Positions 27,689-40,273 of a stretch of 64,000 nucleotides of DNA are shown piece after piece. The stretch lies in assembly GCA_051294375.1 (NCBI GenBank), contig CM119264.1, positions 1,641,662 through 1,705,661 of the forward strand. The letters run 5' to 3'. Origin of the DNA: Paraspadella gotoi. Lineage: Eukaryota > Animalia > Chaetognatha. Positions within the stretch are counted from its first letter, which is position 1. The number at the start of each line of letters is the position of its first letter. The translations under genes were made by a program, and so were the position numbers. The notes under the pieces are model-generated. The model had not been told where the DNA came from and did no database searches. It worked only from the letters and a program-made list of their open reading frames with translations.

Positions 27689-28070
27689 TTCCGCCTTTAA
27701 CGAACTGACCTCATTCTTCCCGCCTTTAACGAAATGCTCTCTCTCCCTTCCCGCCTTTTACGAACCACCCTCTCCTCATTCCCGCCTTTAACGAACTCTT
27801 CTCATCCTTCATCCCTTTAACGAACTGCCCTCTCTTTTTTCCGCCTTAAACGAACGGCCCTATCATCCTTCCCGCTTTTAACAAACTGCCCTCTCCTCCT
27901 CGCATTTAACAAACTGCCCTCTCCTCTTTAACGCCTTTACCAAACTGCCCTGTCATCTTTTCCGCCTTTAAAAAACTGCCCTATCCTCTTTCCCGCCTTC
28001 AACGAACTGCCCTCTCATCCTTTCCCGGCTTTAACGAACTTCCCTCTCCTCTTTCCCGCTTTTAACGAAG
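27689..28070. repeat. ~31-bp minisatellite (TTCCCGCCTTTAACGAACTGCCCTCTCCTC) overlapping the FAXDC2 stop and 3' UTR
   Basis: About 12 degenerate tandem units. Confidence 0.85.
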
Positions 28071-28200
28071 GTCTTCTTATCGTCCGGAAATTGCGAAGAA
28101 ATCGGCGTCAGGCTAAAGAACATCACGTGACGATTGTAGGCTTTGCTTCGCCTGAAGAGAGAGTCGGTTCCATGTAGACGGTCAAGGATGCCGAGCACAC
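28031..28200 (-). CDS. FAXDC2: FAXDC2 exon 7 (last)
   Basis: cag|GT acceptor, phase 1; GVLGILDRLHGTDSLFRRSKAYNRHVMFFSLTPISSQFPD...stop; conserved G.LG.LD.LHGT motif. Confidence 0.92.
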
Positions 28201-28730
28201 CTGTGGGCGAGATGTGGATCGGGGATTGGGAGATGTGGATCGAGGATTGGGAGATGTGGATCGGGGATTGGGAGATGTGGATCGTGATTTTCATGGATTT
28301 TGATTAAAATTTAGGAATAGTGAGTCGGTGCCTAAATCCCGAAGTTCTTCGCTCCCTCGCCCGCAATTCAAGGAATCCCGACTTGAGGGTTTTAATCACT
28401 AATAAGGAAGTTCAAAACGCTTGCTTGGATTTTATCTGGCAAGGGAATAGAAGCTTCAAGCAGCAAAAGCATTTATTTTATTATTAATGGTAAAGTTTTA
28501 AAGTACTTGGCTGGTTGTAATGTTCATTCATAAGCTCAAGATCAAAAGTATGCACTTTTAAACTTTTAATATGTTGAATTTCAATAAATATCACCGCATT
28601 TAATAATTTAGGACTTTTACTAGTTAAGCGTTTCTTTCCAGACATTTTTAAATCGGAAAAGAGGCCCCACTCTTTTTACAAATAATTTTGGTGAATTTTT
28701 TTTCACAAAAAAATATATATTTCATCTCAC

Positions 28731-28901
28731 CGAAATTTTGATTGAATTTGTGATGATGAAAATCGTGAGCTTCGGGCGAAGGAAGAAGAGGAAAGTGATA
28801 TCCGCTGTGAGAGATTGTAGTCTGCAAGATGGCAATGCCATACCAGAACCAAGCCGTTGCCAGATGGCATCGAGAGACGAACACGCCTAAGACCAGCGGA
28901 C
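28731..28901 (-). CDS. FAXDC2: FAXDC2 exon 6
   Basis: tag|..G|GTGAG; PLVLGVFVSRCHLATAWFWYGIAILQTTISHSGYHFPLLPSPEAHDFHHHKFNQNFG with HSG and HDFHH His boxes. Confidence 0.95.
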
Positions 28902-29242
28902 CTAAAATGGCGAAGAGAAGATTAAGAGTGACGGACAGAAAGAGAAGTTTGTGGACAGACGGACTGATAGACAGAATTTTAGACAAATGAACATACTTAC
29001 AGATTGACGGACTGACGGACAGATTTGAGGACGAATAATAGAATCGCAGAGAGACGAACAGACAGAAAGATTTGACGGGAGACGATCAGATTCCGTAAAT
29101 GACGTACCGATGGACAGATTTGAGGTCATACTGACACATTCGCGAACAGAAGGACATGGAGACACACTAACGGACTGACGTATAGTCAGATTAACAGACA
29201 GATTTACACTAAGACAGATTTTACAGATTGACAAAGACTGAC

Positions 29243-29361
29243 CGACGTTGGATAGAATATGTTCGATCGGGTGACAATAGATGGAGACGACTCCGATGGG
29301 CGCCGTCCACTCGTGGTGAACTTTGTGAACGTATTTGTAGATTCGCGGGTGATGCAAGAGT
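29243..29361 (-). CDS. FAXDC2: FAXDC2 exon 5
   Basis: cag|..G|GTCAGT; LLHHPRIYKYVHKVHHEWTAPIGVVSIYCHPIEHILSNV with HKVHH His box. Confidence 0.95.
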
Positions 29362-29648
29362 CTGTGAATGTGAATTCAAATATAAATGTGATTGTGAAAG
29401 TCTCAATCACAAGTATGATGACCCTCGGATGTAATTTCGCCCCACGAATTAACGTGATGGCGAAAATTGTCAAAGTTTAGGGTTGGAAATTAAGGGCGGG
29501 GCTAAACTTTCAAATTAAAACAACGACAAAAATTAGATTTTAAGTTTTATATTCGCAGTTTTTCGATAAGTAAATAGAAATAAAATTGGAGGTTTTTTTA
29601 ATCATGATATTTTGCTCCCCCCTTCCCTCACGATGTCACAAAACGAAC

Positions 29649-29818
29649 CTGTGAGCGTAATAAAAGCAAATCTCCTCGACCAGAACGCAAAAGGCCAACT
29701 GCAACAATGACCAGTGGAAGTCAGGCAACTCTCTGGAGGCGGACATGCCTCGCCAGACCAAGACAGGGTGCACCAGAGCCAGAAAAGGCAAAGTCACGAA
29801 GAATTGATTAAACAAAAC
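29649..29818 (-). CDS. FAXDC2: FAXDC2 exon 4
   Basis: Not in ORF track; cag|..AG|GTTCGT; VLFNQFFVTLPFLALVHPVLVWRGMSASRELPDFHWSLLQLAFCVLVEEICFYYAHR. Confidence 0.93.
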
Positions 29819-30176
29819 CTGAAATAATTGAGATTTTTTATTGTTGTTGTTTGTACGGTTTGTATGGTTACAAAATGTCTATTATTTTTTGAATAAAGTC
29901 TAAAACTTATATGCACACAGTATGTTGTTATATGTTGGGACATAGATGGGTGATGTGATTTTGTTTATTTTTAGTTAATTTTAAGGTTAGCGGTAATAAG
30001 GTTAAGTGGTGCCAATCGTGACGTTTTAGTTTGGCTGATCTCTTCACCTCGTACTTGTTACCTCTTCCTGTCCTTTCCGTCTCTCTCACTTCCCTCTTCT
30101 CTCCCTTGCATACATTTCCTCTCTCTTTCTCCCTCTCTCCCTCTCTCTCCCTATCTCTCTCCCTCTTACCCTCTAC

Positions 30177-30317
30177 TGTTGACACATTTCCTAGCCTTCT
30201 TTGATCAACAGGGAATTCTGCATCTTCCTGAACTTAAACTGACGAAACCCATTGAGAGAGGAGTCACGAGTTTGGTCGAGCAGGAGGAGGAGGCTGTTGG
30301 CCAGCCAGAAATACGGA
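30177..30317 (-). CDS. FAXDC2: FAXDC2 exon 3; two apparent 1-nt deletions
   Basis: YFWLANSLLLLLDQTRDSSLNGFRQFK, then after a frame shift xQEDAEFPVDQRRLGNVST; corresponds to the family FW..N.LLL..D / Y.IQ....PVD..KL segment. Donor position is uncertain. Confidence 0.75.
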
Positions 30318-30681
30318 CTGACATTGGGAGGGAAGAAGACAATCAATCAGTCCAATCAATCAATCACGATAAATCAATAAATAAACAAACGATCAATTTG
30401 TCAATCAATCAATAAATCTATAAATCAATAAAATATAAGAAATGAATAATCAATCATTACTCACAAAACATCGACTAATTATATTAATAATATATAATTT
30501 ATATTATTTAATATATTAATAATTCTCGCAATCACCAAATATATTACTTGATCATTAAATAAATAAATTAATCTCTCAATAATAAATTCACTAATCAATT
30601 TATCAATTTATCTACTAATCAGTAATCGTTCTATCAAATCATTCATTCAATCAATATATCAATCAATTGCTTGTCACTTAC

Positions 30682-30780
30682 TCGTTTCTAAAATAACTGT
30701 TCCGTAGACTTGCATGGCGAAAAAGTCATCTCCAAACATCTGACAAACCCTTCCCCAGATGCCCGTCCAGAAGTCGTCTG
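30682..30780 (-). CDS. FAXDC2: FAXDC2 exon 2 (5' part lost in the N-gap 30781-31113)
   Basis: DDFWTGIWGRVCQMFGDDFFAMQVYGTVILET followed by A|GTAAGT donor. Confidence 0.85.
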
Positions 30781-31113
30781 NNNNNNNNNNNNNNNNNNNN
30801 NNNNNNNNNNNNNNNNNNNNNNNNNNNNNNNNNNNNNNNNNNNNNNNNNNNNNNNNNNNNNNNNNNNNNNNNNNNNNNNNNNNNNNNNNNNNNNNNNNNN
30901 NNNNNNNNNNNNNNNNNNNNNNNNNNNNNNNNNNNNNNNNNNNNNNNNNNNNNNNNNNNNNNNNNNNNNNNNNNNNNNNNNNNNNNNNNNNNNNNNNNNN
31001 NNNNNNNNNNNNNNNNNNNNNNNNNNNNNNNNNNNNNNNNNNNNNNNNNNNNNNNNNNNNNNNNNNNNNNNNNNNNNNNNNNNNNNNNNNNNNNNNNNNN
31101 NNNNNNNNNNNNN

Positions 31114-31147
<34 letters not shown>

Positions 31148-31265
31148 TACATTATTCATCTCGCAGTTTTTAATCAATTAAAGGTATTAATTAAAATAAA
31201 GTTACATCCCGCGCGATTTAAAATTCGCAAGGAAGATCCTAACTAACATCTCTTGCATGTCTCAC

Positions 31266-31462
31266 CATTGCAATGAATTCCTCAGCGCCAGAATGACGAC
31301 CAAAGCCGTTGCGAAGATGAAGACGCCTTTGCTGATGGATTGGCAGATGCTGCCAGAATCCGATGCTGAAGGCAACGGTTCCATCTGCGTCGATGACATT
31401 TGCTCCTTTGTCGCGGGAAATTGCGTCGCAGGATTGTCCTTGTTTTCTTTGGTCGTTGCCAT
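31266..31462 (-). CDS. FAXDC2: FAXDC2 exon 1
   Basis: GAGATGG start; MATTKENK...VFIFATALVVILALRNSLQW, TG|GTGAG donor; RNS..W motif of the FAXDC2 N-terminus. Confidence 0.85.
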
Positions 31463-31682
31463 CTCTTCTTTGGTGAGTAGACGAGACCGGATAGATAGAG
31501 ATAGAGATGAGAGATTGTCTGAGATNNNNNNNNNNNNNNNNNNNNNNNNNNNNNNNNNNNNNNNNNNNNNNNNNNNNNNNNNNNNNNNNNNNNNNNNNNN
31601 NNNNNNNNNNNNNNNNNNNNNNNNNNNNNNNNNNNNNNNNNNNNNNNNNNNNNNNNNNNNNNNNNNNNNNNNNNNNNNNNNN

Positions 31683-31717
<35 letters not shown>

Positions 31718-32533
31718 CTCCGTGATCCGCTTAAAAAAGGAAAATTTCGGAAGGTCGAAAACATGAATGGACTGGCAGAGAAAAGGAATGGAATTACGTC
31801 GTCGTCGTCGTCGTCGTTTTACATGAGAATCTGTAGGCGGCGGTAGTAGTCCTTTCTCATTCCTTTTTCGCGACGAATGAACAAAAGAACATCGACTTTG
31901 GCAGAAAAGGAAATTATTTAAATTTATTCAAGTTTATTCCGTTTCTTTTTTGGTAAATATGTCCTTTTTACATTCATGATTTTTTGTATGTGTGTATTGT
32001 TTTGAAAGTTTGAACTTGTCAGGCTTAAAGATGAGACAATCTCATGTCGTCGAATTACTAGTATATGACAGATTTTCAGGAATTAATATTAACAGATTAT
32101 CAATTTATACTATTCTTTTGGAACTTTGCCTCAAGCAAAAGTGAAATCAAATATGATTTAAAATCTAAGCTTTCGGCTGAAGTTAGTACGTATTTGATGT
32201 ATCATTCTTATTTTGTAAATATTAAATTGTTGAATTCTAACGCGAAATTTTTTGTTTGAGTTAACTAACTATCCTATAAAAACTTTTATTCTAAAGATAT
32301 AGAAGAAATATACTACTAATTCTATTTCCTAAAAAATTATCAATATAAGCTAAAACCACATGAGAAAAATTAAGGTTGGATGATTATTGGTTAATCATAA
32401 TTAACAAAAAAAGAAAACTTTAGATTCCGAAATATTTTCCTTCAAATTTTGACAAAGTTGTTAAACTTTTAAAATTAAGTAAATAAAAAAAAGATAATTA
32501 AAAATTAAATCTTAGAAACAGTTCATTTTTCTT

Positions 32534-32539
32534 TTTATT
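32534..32539 (-). terminator. Candidate polyadenylation signal (AATAAA) of the TARP-like gene
   Basis: AATAAA on the minus strand about 105 nt after the stop, followed by T-rich sequence. Confidence 0.45.
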
Positions 32540-32644
32540 GAACGCATAGGCAAAAAAAAAGGACATAGAGATGCCATCAATAAAACATTGTTTTGGTTAA
32601 ATCTTTGTTAGTTCATTTCACGTTTTCCTTCTGTTTTTTTTTTC

Positions 32645-32828
32645 CTAAACCGCATAGTGGCGCCATCGCGCCGTCGATTTCGCGACGCCGCCGTTTCGTC
32701 TCCACGCGTTACTTTCGGCGTCGCACGCGGCGTCTTTTTCGATGACGCCGTTTTTCGTCGTCGTCGTCGTCGTCGTCTTAGGACTGAAATCGACTCGAAG
32801 ATATTCGTGCGACGTCACAGCGTCAACT

Positions 32829-32874
<46 letters not shown>

Positions 32875-33786
32875 TTCCTAATTCGACGCCATTGACCGGA
32901 AGTGACGTCTCAGTTTCTCTTCTTCCACAGATGGCGTCCCCTCTTCCGAACCCAGAATTCCTTTCCTGATCGTACGAACTTTCCCCGCGCAGTTCGTACT
33001 GTTCGCCGACGTCAACTCCTCGTCCGTACCGCTCCTTCGCCGACTGCTCCAGTTCGCGCCGCCGTCGTACGTACAGCTCTTGTTCGAGCGAATCGCATCT
33101 AAAGTTTTGTATGAAATCTCGTGTGACGCGAACAAAGTCGTCTTCATCATCTTTTTCGTCGTCGTCGTCGTCGTCGTCGTCTTTCGTCATCGTCTTCGTC
33201 GTCGTCAACTCATCAGCGCCGGCGTTCGGAATAGTAGCGCCGGTAACGACGCCGTTGAAACGAAGGACGCCGGAGCAACCGTTGACGATCCTTTTGGCGT
33301 CGGGACGAAAGCGCCTTTCGTCTTGGTCGTCGTCGTCGTCTTCCTCGTCGTCGTCTTCGTCGTCGTCGTTATAAGACTGGACGAAACGCCGTTGCTCAAC
33401 GCGATTTCGACTAGAGTCTATGTAGCGAGGTTTGTTATCGTTGTTATAGTCTAAGTGGCGGTCGCTCTCTTTCGATTTTTCTATCTCACGAGCTTTGGTT
33501 ATTTCCAAGTTATTCGAATAGCGAGAATTTTGATCTTTTGGTTTGTCTAAGTGACAGTCTTCTTGTTTTTTCAACGCGTCTAAATGACGATCATTCCGTC
33601 CGTTCAGACGGTCTAAACGACGGTCCCCCATCGCGAGGTCGTTGGGTCTAAGATCAAGAAATGGGCGGTTGACGCTGCTGCTGCCACCGCTGCTGCCGCC
33701 GCCGACGCCGCCGACCGACGCCGAGTTTGAAAAACGCCGAATTCTTCCGACGGCGTCCTCATGAATCTGAATAAGGGACGCCGGAT
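32645..33786 (-). CDS. CACNG: Stargazin/TARP-like gene, last exon: long acidic disordered cytoplasmic tail ending RHYAV
   Basis: GC-rich open frame of about 380 codons; ttcag|AT acceptor is phase 1 and fits the previous exon (an alternative phase-0 acceptor lies at 33793). Linkage is inferred from phase and position. Confidence 0.7.
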
Positions 33787-36700
33787 CTGAATCCTGGAAT
33801 CAGAAAAAAAAGTTTGTATTCATGATTTTTTTTATGAATTTTTATGAAATTTCCGAAACCTAGATTCATAACCCTATGTGAACTTCCTCCTGGTTCTACT
33901 GCTTATCATTCGTTTTTTTTATTTTCGTTTAATCATCAATAATGTATCTTTTTTCTCTTTTTAATTTTNNNNNNNNNNNNNNNNNNNNNNNNNAAAGAGA
34001 GAGATGTATTTCTTCTTTGTTTTCTAATGTTGTTTTCTCTTTCTCTTGAATCGGTTTAACCTTGATTGTGTTTGCGACTTGGCACATGCTCTGAGCCTCT
34101 GCCATTCAAAGCACAAAATTATCGTTTTTTTTTCTTTCTGCCATGTTTTATTTTCTATTCTGACACTATCCTTTTTTTTCATAATAGGAAATCCTAATTT
34201 TCATATTATTTTATACAATTCTGCTGCTCTCTCTCTCTCTCTCTCTCTCCCACATCTCTCTCTCTCTCTCGTCCCCAGACTCCCTGCTCTCTCTCATTTC
34301 TCTCGTCTCTTCTCCTCTATCCTCTCTCCTTTTCTTTCTCTCTCCCTCTCCCTTTTCCATCACACATTCTTCTCTCCCATCACCTCGTTTCCAACTCCTT
34401 CCGCCGCTTCTCCTCTCTCTCTCACATTCTTTTTAATATCCCTCATCCCAATTCATCCCCTTACCCTTCCCCTACTGCATTACAGCGTCTGCTCTCGCTC
34501 CATTCCTCATGCCCTCCCCATTCCCATCTCTTCGCCTCACCATCGCACTATCCCCTCGCACTCCCTCTTCTCGACTCTGTCCTTTTCCATCCGCCTTCCC
34601 CTCCCAGTCTCCTTCTCTTTCTTCCCGCTCCCTCCCCTCGCCTCTCTTCTTTGGCGCTTCTCCTCCCGCTTCCCTCTGCTTCCTTCTCCTCCCATTCCTC
34701 CGCTCGTCCCTTCCCCTCCCACCCATCCATCCCTCATTGTTTCCTCTTATCCCTCACCCCTCCTCACATCTTCCCCTTCCCCCACTCCCATCCCATCCTC
34801 CCCATCCCCTAACCGTACACCCAATCCCTTCCCCTTCCCTAGCCTCGCCTCCCTTCTCCTCTGCCTCTTCCCTAGGACCTCCTCCTGTCTCTCTCCCGTT
34901 CCTCCCCTCCCCTTCCCTTCCTATCCTCTCTTCGACAGAATAATTCCCAACTCCCGCACTCCCTGTTCAAGAGCGTCGGCGGGACGAAGTCAAGAAATTC
35001 TCATGCATACGATGCATCAAATTACAGTACGGAAAGCTGAAGAACGCCGGAAGTGGTCGAGATTACAAGGTAATGAATATCCGGAGACTGGCCGACTTCT
35101 TCGCATATATAAGTCGTCTTTTGTATTTATATATGAAGGCATTATTAAGTATTTGACTTAAGTTTTTTTAAACTTTAAATAAAAGGTAAATTACCGGTGA
35201 TAAGTAAAAAAAAATCTTTTATTCAGTCTCGAAAATAGTAACTGCCATTTTATATTGTCAGTTTCATCTGCTTCTACCTTTTTTTTCTCTTATACTTTAA
35301 CCGTATTTTCAAGAACTTGGTCAACTGTTCTCTCTCATCGGAGGTCAAAGAAAATAACAAATATTTCAGTTAATCGTTTTTCTCTTAGCGGAAGATTTTA
35401 TGATCTCATTAAATCTAAATAAAAAGAAGGAATAAATCGCAATAAAATGGAAACTTAATCCAGCTGACTTTTTTTTATAGGTGACGACATTGTAGATCCG
35501 TGGGCTTTACGATTTAAAAAAGTCCGGTTCATTAAGTAAACGAAATAAAAAAAATTAAAAAGGAAATAATAAAATTAATGTAATTAATGGAAATAATGGA
35601 ACTAATAGAATTAATGGAATAAAAGGAATTTATGGAACTAATGGAATTAGTGGAATTGATGGCACAGATGGAATTGATGGCACAGATGGANNNNNNNNNN
35701 NNNNNNNNNNNNNNNNNNNNNNNNNNNNNNNNNNNNNNNNNNNNNNNNNNNNNNNNNNNNNNNNNNNNNNNNNNNNNNNNNNNNNNNNNNNNNNNNNNNN
35801 NNNNNNNNNNNNNNNNNNNNNNNNNNNNNNNNNNNNNNNNNNNNNNNNNNNNNNNNNNNNNNNNNNNNNNNNNNNNNNNNNNNNNNNNNNNNNNNNNNNN
35901 NNNNNNNNNNNNNNNNNNNNNNNNNNNNNNNNNNNNNNNNNNNNNNNNNNNNNNNNNNNNNNNNNNNNNNNNNNNNNNNNNNNNNNNNNNNNNNNNACAC
36001 ATATTCACACACACTCAAAAGCACACTCGTCACTAAAGCGAAACAGGTTACAAACTAACAGAAGTCCGATATAAATATTGTTAATGTATTTATTAAAGAT
36101 TATAAAAATAAAAAAATTAAGATTTATCTTATAGTTAAACGCATGGAAGCTATTTTATATTATCCAAATACTATATAATGTTAAGCAATTTTTTGTAATA
36201 AAATTATTTTTTTTTTTACTAATCGATCTTCAAAAGTCATAAGTCAATTTGGTTATAAAAGGACAAGATACTTTTATTGCCGACTTTTTCATATTGTAAA
36301 AAAATGTTGAATTCTCGCCCGCCTTACTCGTCACATCCACATCCAACGCAACGAGTCTTTGACAACTTTTTTTGTTCATCCGACGTTTCGCTAATGACGC
36401 CTCGCCGGTCGCCAACCCGAAGTAGCGTCGACCGTTTAAGTCACGTTTAAGTCACGTGACTGATTATCAATTCCATGACAGATAATCAATCACGTGGATG
36501 ATGATCAATCTGAGTAGTGATATTCAATCAAATGACTGATAAGCATCTGAAGACTGATAACCAATCTGCGTATTGATATTCAATCAGATGACTGATAATC
36601 AATCAGATAACTGATTATCAGTCAAATGCCTCTTAATCACATCACGTCACGTCACGTGACTAACAACCAATCAATCTCGCGATTTATAATCAATATGTCA

Positions 36701-36829
36701 AGTTGCTAAATTCTTAAATCCATTTCTCAAAGGAAATTTATTTAATCCTGAAAGTTTATATCAGTAAAATAATTAAAACCTATATTTAATACGTTACAAT
36801 ATTTTTTTTTATCGTCAAGAAACGAAAAT

Positions 36830-36988
36830 CTCTAATCTCCAATCCTCTAATCTCTAATCCTCTAATCCTCTAATCTCTTATCCTCAAATCTCTAATCCTC
36901 TAATCCTCTAATCTCTAATCCTCTAATCTCTAATCTCAAATCCTCTAACCTCTAATCTCTAATCCTCTAATCTCTAATTTCTAATCCT
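36830..36988. repeat. (TCTCTAA/TCCTCTAA)n degenerate microsatellite
   Basis: Direct tandem units. Confidence 0.85.
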
Positions 36989-37750
36989 CGTGATCGACCG
37001 AAATTCTGAAGTCAGGTTCACTTCTTTCGATCACAGATTTTCACAAAGGCTCACGTCTCACCGGCCTCACATGGGCGTGACCCGGGTCTCTCTCACTACT
37101 TCTTTATGGTCTCACTCTTTTCTTTTTTATTTTCTTTTTTCGTTTCTTTTTTACCTTTTTCCTCTATTTGTTCTTTTTTTCCCTCTTCTCTCTTTTTCAG
37201 TTTTTATGTTGTTTTTTTTTATTTCCTTCCATCTGTCTTTATTTTCAATTCAATTTTCCCGCCAACTTTTTCTTTTTCAGATTTCTTCTTTTCCTCTCAA
37301 CATCCACAATATCTTTTTATATGACCCACTCTCCCCAGCGTCAACAACGCTTCGCACAGCCTAACTACATCTTCAACAACAAGGACCATCAGAAAAATAT
37401 CGGTCTTCGCTTCTGCAACGAAATGGACTTGAGAATCGATGAATTCGTGGCGTCCATTTTATCGATGAAACTTTTTATCGCTCGAGTCTTTGAGAGAAGT
37501 GACCTCAGTGTTGGGAAAGGCGACGACGACGACGATAACGACGACGACGACGATAACGACGACGACGACGATAACGACGACGACGACGATAACGACTCAG
37601 AAAACGCTAATGCGTTAATGCAAAACGACAATACTTTCGCTCCGTTTCCCTTTTGGAAAGAAACAACCTCTTTGACGACAAATGCGACAACGACGACGAC
37701 AACGAGGAACTTTCACTGTTCTCATGTCACCACCCTCGATTAAAACTCAC

Positions 37751-37867
37751 CCGTCACGCCTGCCACGCCTGCCACGCCTGCCACGCCCCTTTGACTCTGA
37801 CTTCCGGAACTTCCTCCCAAAGTCTCATCTTTGTTCAAGAGCCATTCGTCCACCTTGCGTTTCATGC
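37751..37867 (-). CDS. CACNG: Stargazin/TARP-like gene, proximal C-tail exon
   Basis: cag|GC..G|GTGAGT, 117 nt, phase 1-1; GMKRKVDEWLLNKDETLGGSSGSQSQRGVAGVAGVAGVT. Confidence 0.78.
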
Positions 37868-38266
37868 CTGACATGGAAAAAAGCAAGGGAGAGAGGGGGC
37901 CAGGGGTAAGGTGTCAAAGAGGTTGAACAAACAATCCGTGATCTGCCCAGGATCATTATCTGTAAGCGGCTGATTGGATAAATAAATAATTAGTGTTCAA
38001 AGCTAAGGGGGGATTGACGGACATAAATTGTTATTGTATAATTCATCATAAGTCGATGTTCTGACATGATTTAGGTGACTTAACGACAATATTTTGAGGT
38101 GGGACCGACTGACCGACAAAGTGAATTATAGAGCCGGAATCTGCCGTAAGCACTAAGCAGATCCGACGAAAACAATAGAAGGTGATTAGTTTAAAGAAAA
38201 AGTCTGTTACTTTTTATTTAACGATCAAAGCGGAACTCCTTGACCACCGACCCGGAATAACTCGAT

Positions 38267-38410
38267 AAGTTCACCTCAATGAGTCATCAGCTTATGACCA
38301 ATAGGTACCGGGTTCGAACCCCAATGGTACCTCCCCTGCCATGAACCCTTAGTCCTATTTGAAAGCCCGTGTTGCTCCAGTGGGGTCATACGCATGGGGA
38401 TAATTATGGA
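38267..38410 (+). mobile_element. Old fragment of the tRNA-containing TRIM LTR
   Basis: AAGTTCACC..CATCAGCTTATGACCAATAGGTACCGGGTTCGAACCCCAATGGTACCT matches the tRNA-like part of the LTR, with an intact B box. Confidence 0.65.
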
Positions 38411-38808
38411 TACGTATAGTAGTTTTCAAAATAGTGTCTTTTACTCAACCTTACTTTTTCTTCTTTTCATTCTTTTCAACCTCTCCTCTCTATTCCCCTA
38501 CCTCTCTCCCTCTCCTCTCTCTTCCCCTCCCTCTCTCCTTCCCTCTCTCTTCCCCTCCCTCTCTCCCTCCTCTCTCCCTCTCCCTCTCTTCTTCCCCTCC
38601 ATCTCTCCTCTCCTCTCTCTTCCCTCCTCTCTCCCTCTCTTCCTCGTCATCTTCATCGCTCCTCCTCTCCGCTCCCTTCTCTCTCACCTGTCTCTCTCTT
38701 CGCCTACCTCTTCGCCTCTCGCTCTTCTTCCCTCCTACTCTCCCTACTCCTTTCCTTTTTCCTCCTCACTCCTCTAACCTCTCCTTTCCCCCCCTTCTCC
38801 TCTTATAC

Positions 38809-38898
38809 CTGGAATGAACTCCTCCATCCCTTTATAACGACGGAGATAAGAAAGAAAGCACATGACGGCCGCCGCTTCCATGGCAACGAACGCCGTCC
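38809..38898 (-). CDS. CACNG: Stargazin/TARP-like gene, TM4 exon
   Basis: Polypyrimidine-cag|..G|GTATAA, 90 nt, phase 1-1; GTAFVAMEAAAVMCFLSYLRRYKGMEEFIP, matching the TARP TM4 pattern F...E...V. Confidence 0.88.
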
Positions 38899-39685
38899 CT
38901 GAAAAGAAAAGAAACATTTTAGGGCGGAGATAATAGTACATAACAATAATTTATTAATTATATAATATTATCAAATTGGTATAACCAATGTCAAAATTAT
39001 CTATTTATTTAATAATTGAGCTATCTTGACCCTGACTTTGGTGGGTGAAGGGCTGAAGGCCCGCATTACTGTAACAAGATAATGACATAGCAGGTCCACG
39101 CAACCTTTCAATCAAGACTCTCTCTCAGTCTCGTTTATTCTCTCCCAGAGTACCTGGCTTACCTATCAATGAAGTGGCATAATTATGTTAATAATAATAA
39201 AAGTATTGAAAGATTAATTAATTAATTAATTAATAAAATATATATTAAGTAAATAGATTTCGTAATAATCGAGGGTTTAATTGTATGAATAGATAGATGG
39301 ATGGATGCATGATTAAACAGTTAATGAATATGGATAGATTGATGGATTTATGGATGCTTTAATGCATACATAGATGCAGTGATGGATGGACGGTTTAATA
39401 TATGTATGTGTGGATGGAAAGATAAACGTAAATTTGTCTAGATGTATATAAAATGGATGGATATAAAGAGTAAGTTATTGTGTCCACGATTTTCCTTCTC
39501 TTCTTCGTCTTCGATATTTTAGAAATTGCAAATAATTCATTAATTCGTTACGCGCCGTCAAAACAAAGCTTAAGACGACGACGACGACGACGACGAAGAC
39601 AACGACGACGACGGCGACGACGACGGCGACGACGACGGCGACGACGACGGCGACGACGACGGCGACGACGACGGCGACGACGACG

Positions 39686-39734
<49 letters not shown>

Positions 39735-40209
39735 CGACAACGACGACGGCGACGACGGCGACGGCGACGACGATGAAGATGAAGAAGAAAATCTTGTAAG
39801 AGTTATGGAGGCCTTAAAAAACCATAGCCTGTCCAAAGTCAAGGGCAAGACAGATAGATAAATAAATAGATAGATAATTATTAAATGATTGGATAATTTT
39901 TATATTGGTTGTAACAATTTCATTAATTTCGTAATGTTGATATTTATTATTAGCAGCTGTCATTGCTGCTTGTCATCAAAAATGGTTACTCTCTCTGCAG
40001 ATAAGGAAATGAAACAACGACGACGACGACGACGACAAAAACAACGACTTTCGATTGAGCTCGTAAATCTTGCTTCATTTAAATCCTGAAGAAGATAGAT
40101 CGTCGTCGTCGTCGTCGTCGTCGTCTTTTCTCATTGTCTCGTCGTCGCAGTTTTCGCACCTCGAACTAATGTTTCGCGCAATTAACAAATTTCGCAAGAA
40201 CAGAATATC

Positions 40210-40273
<64 letters not shown>

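Noticed and set aside
34046-35161. 371-aa Pro/Ser/Leu-rich ORF
   Set aside because: Noisy C/T tract next to a gap, probably low-accuracy sequence of a simple repeat; no recognisable motif
37339-37520. Plus-strand acceptor followed by an open frame (RQQRFAQPNYIF...)
   Set aside because: No matching donor, partner exon or recognisable motif; cannot be supported
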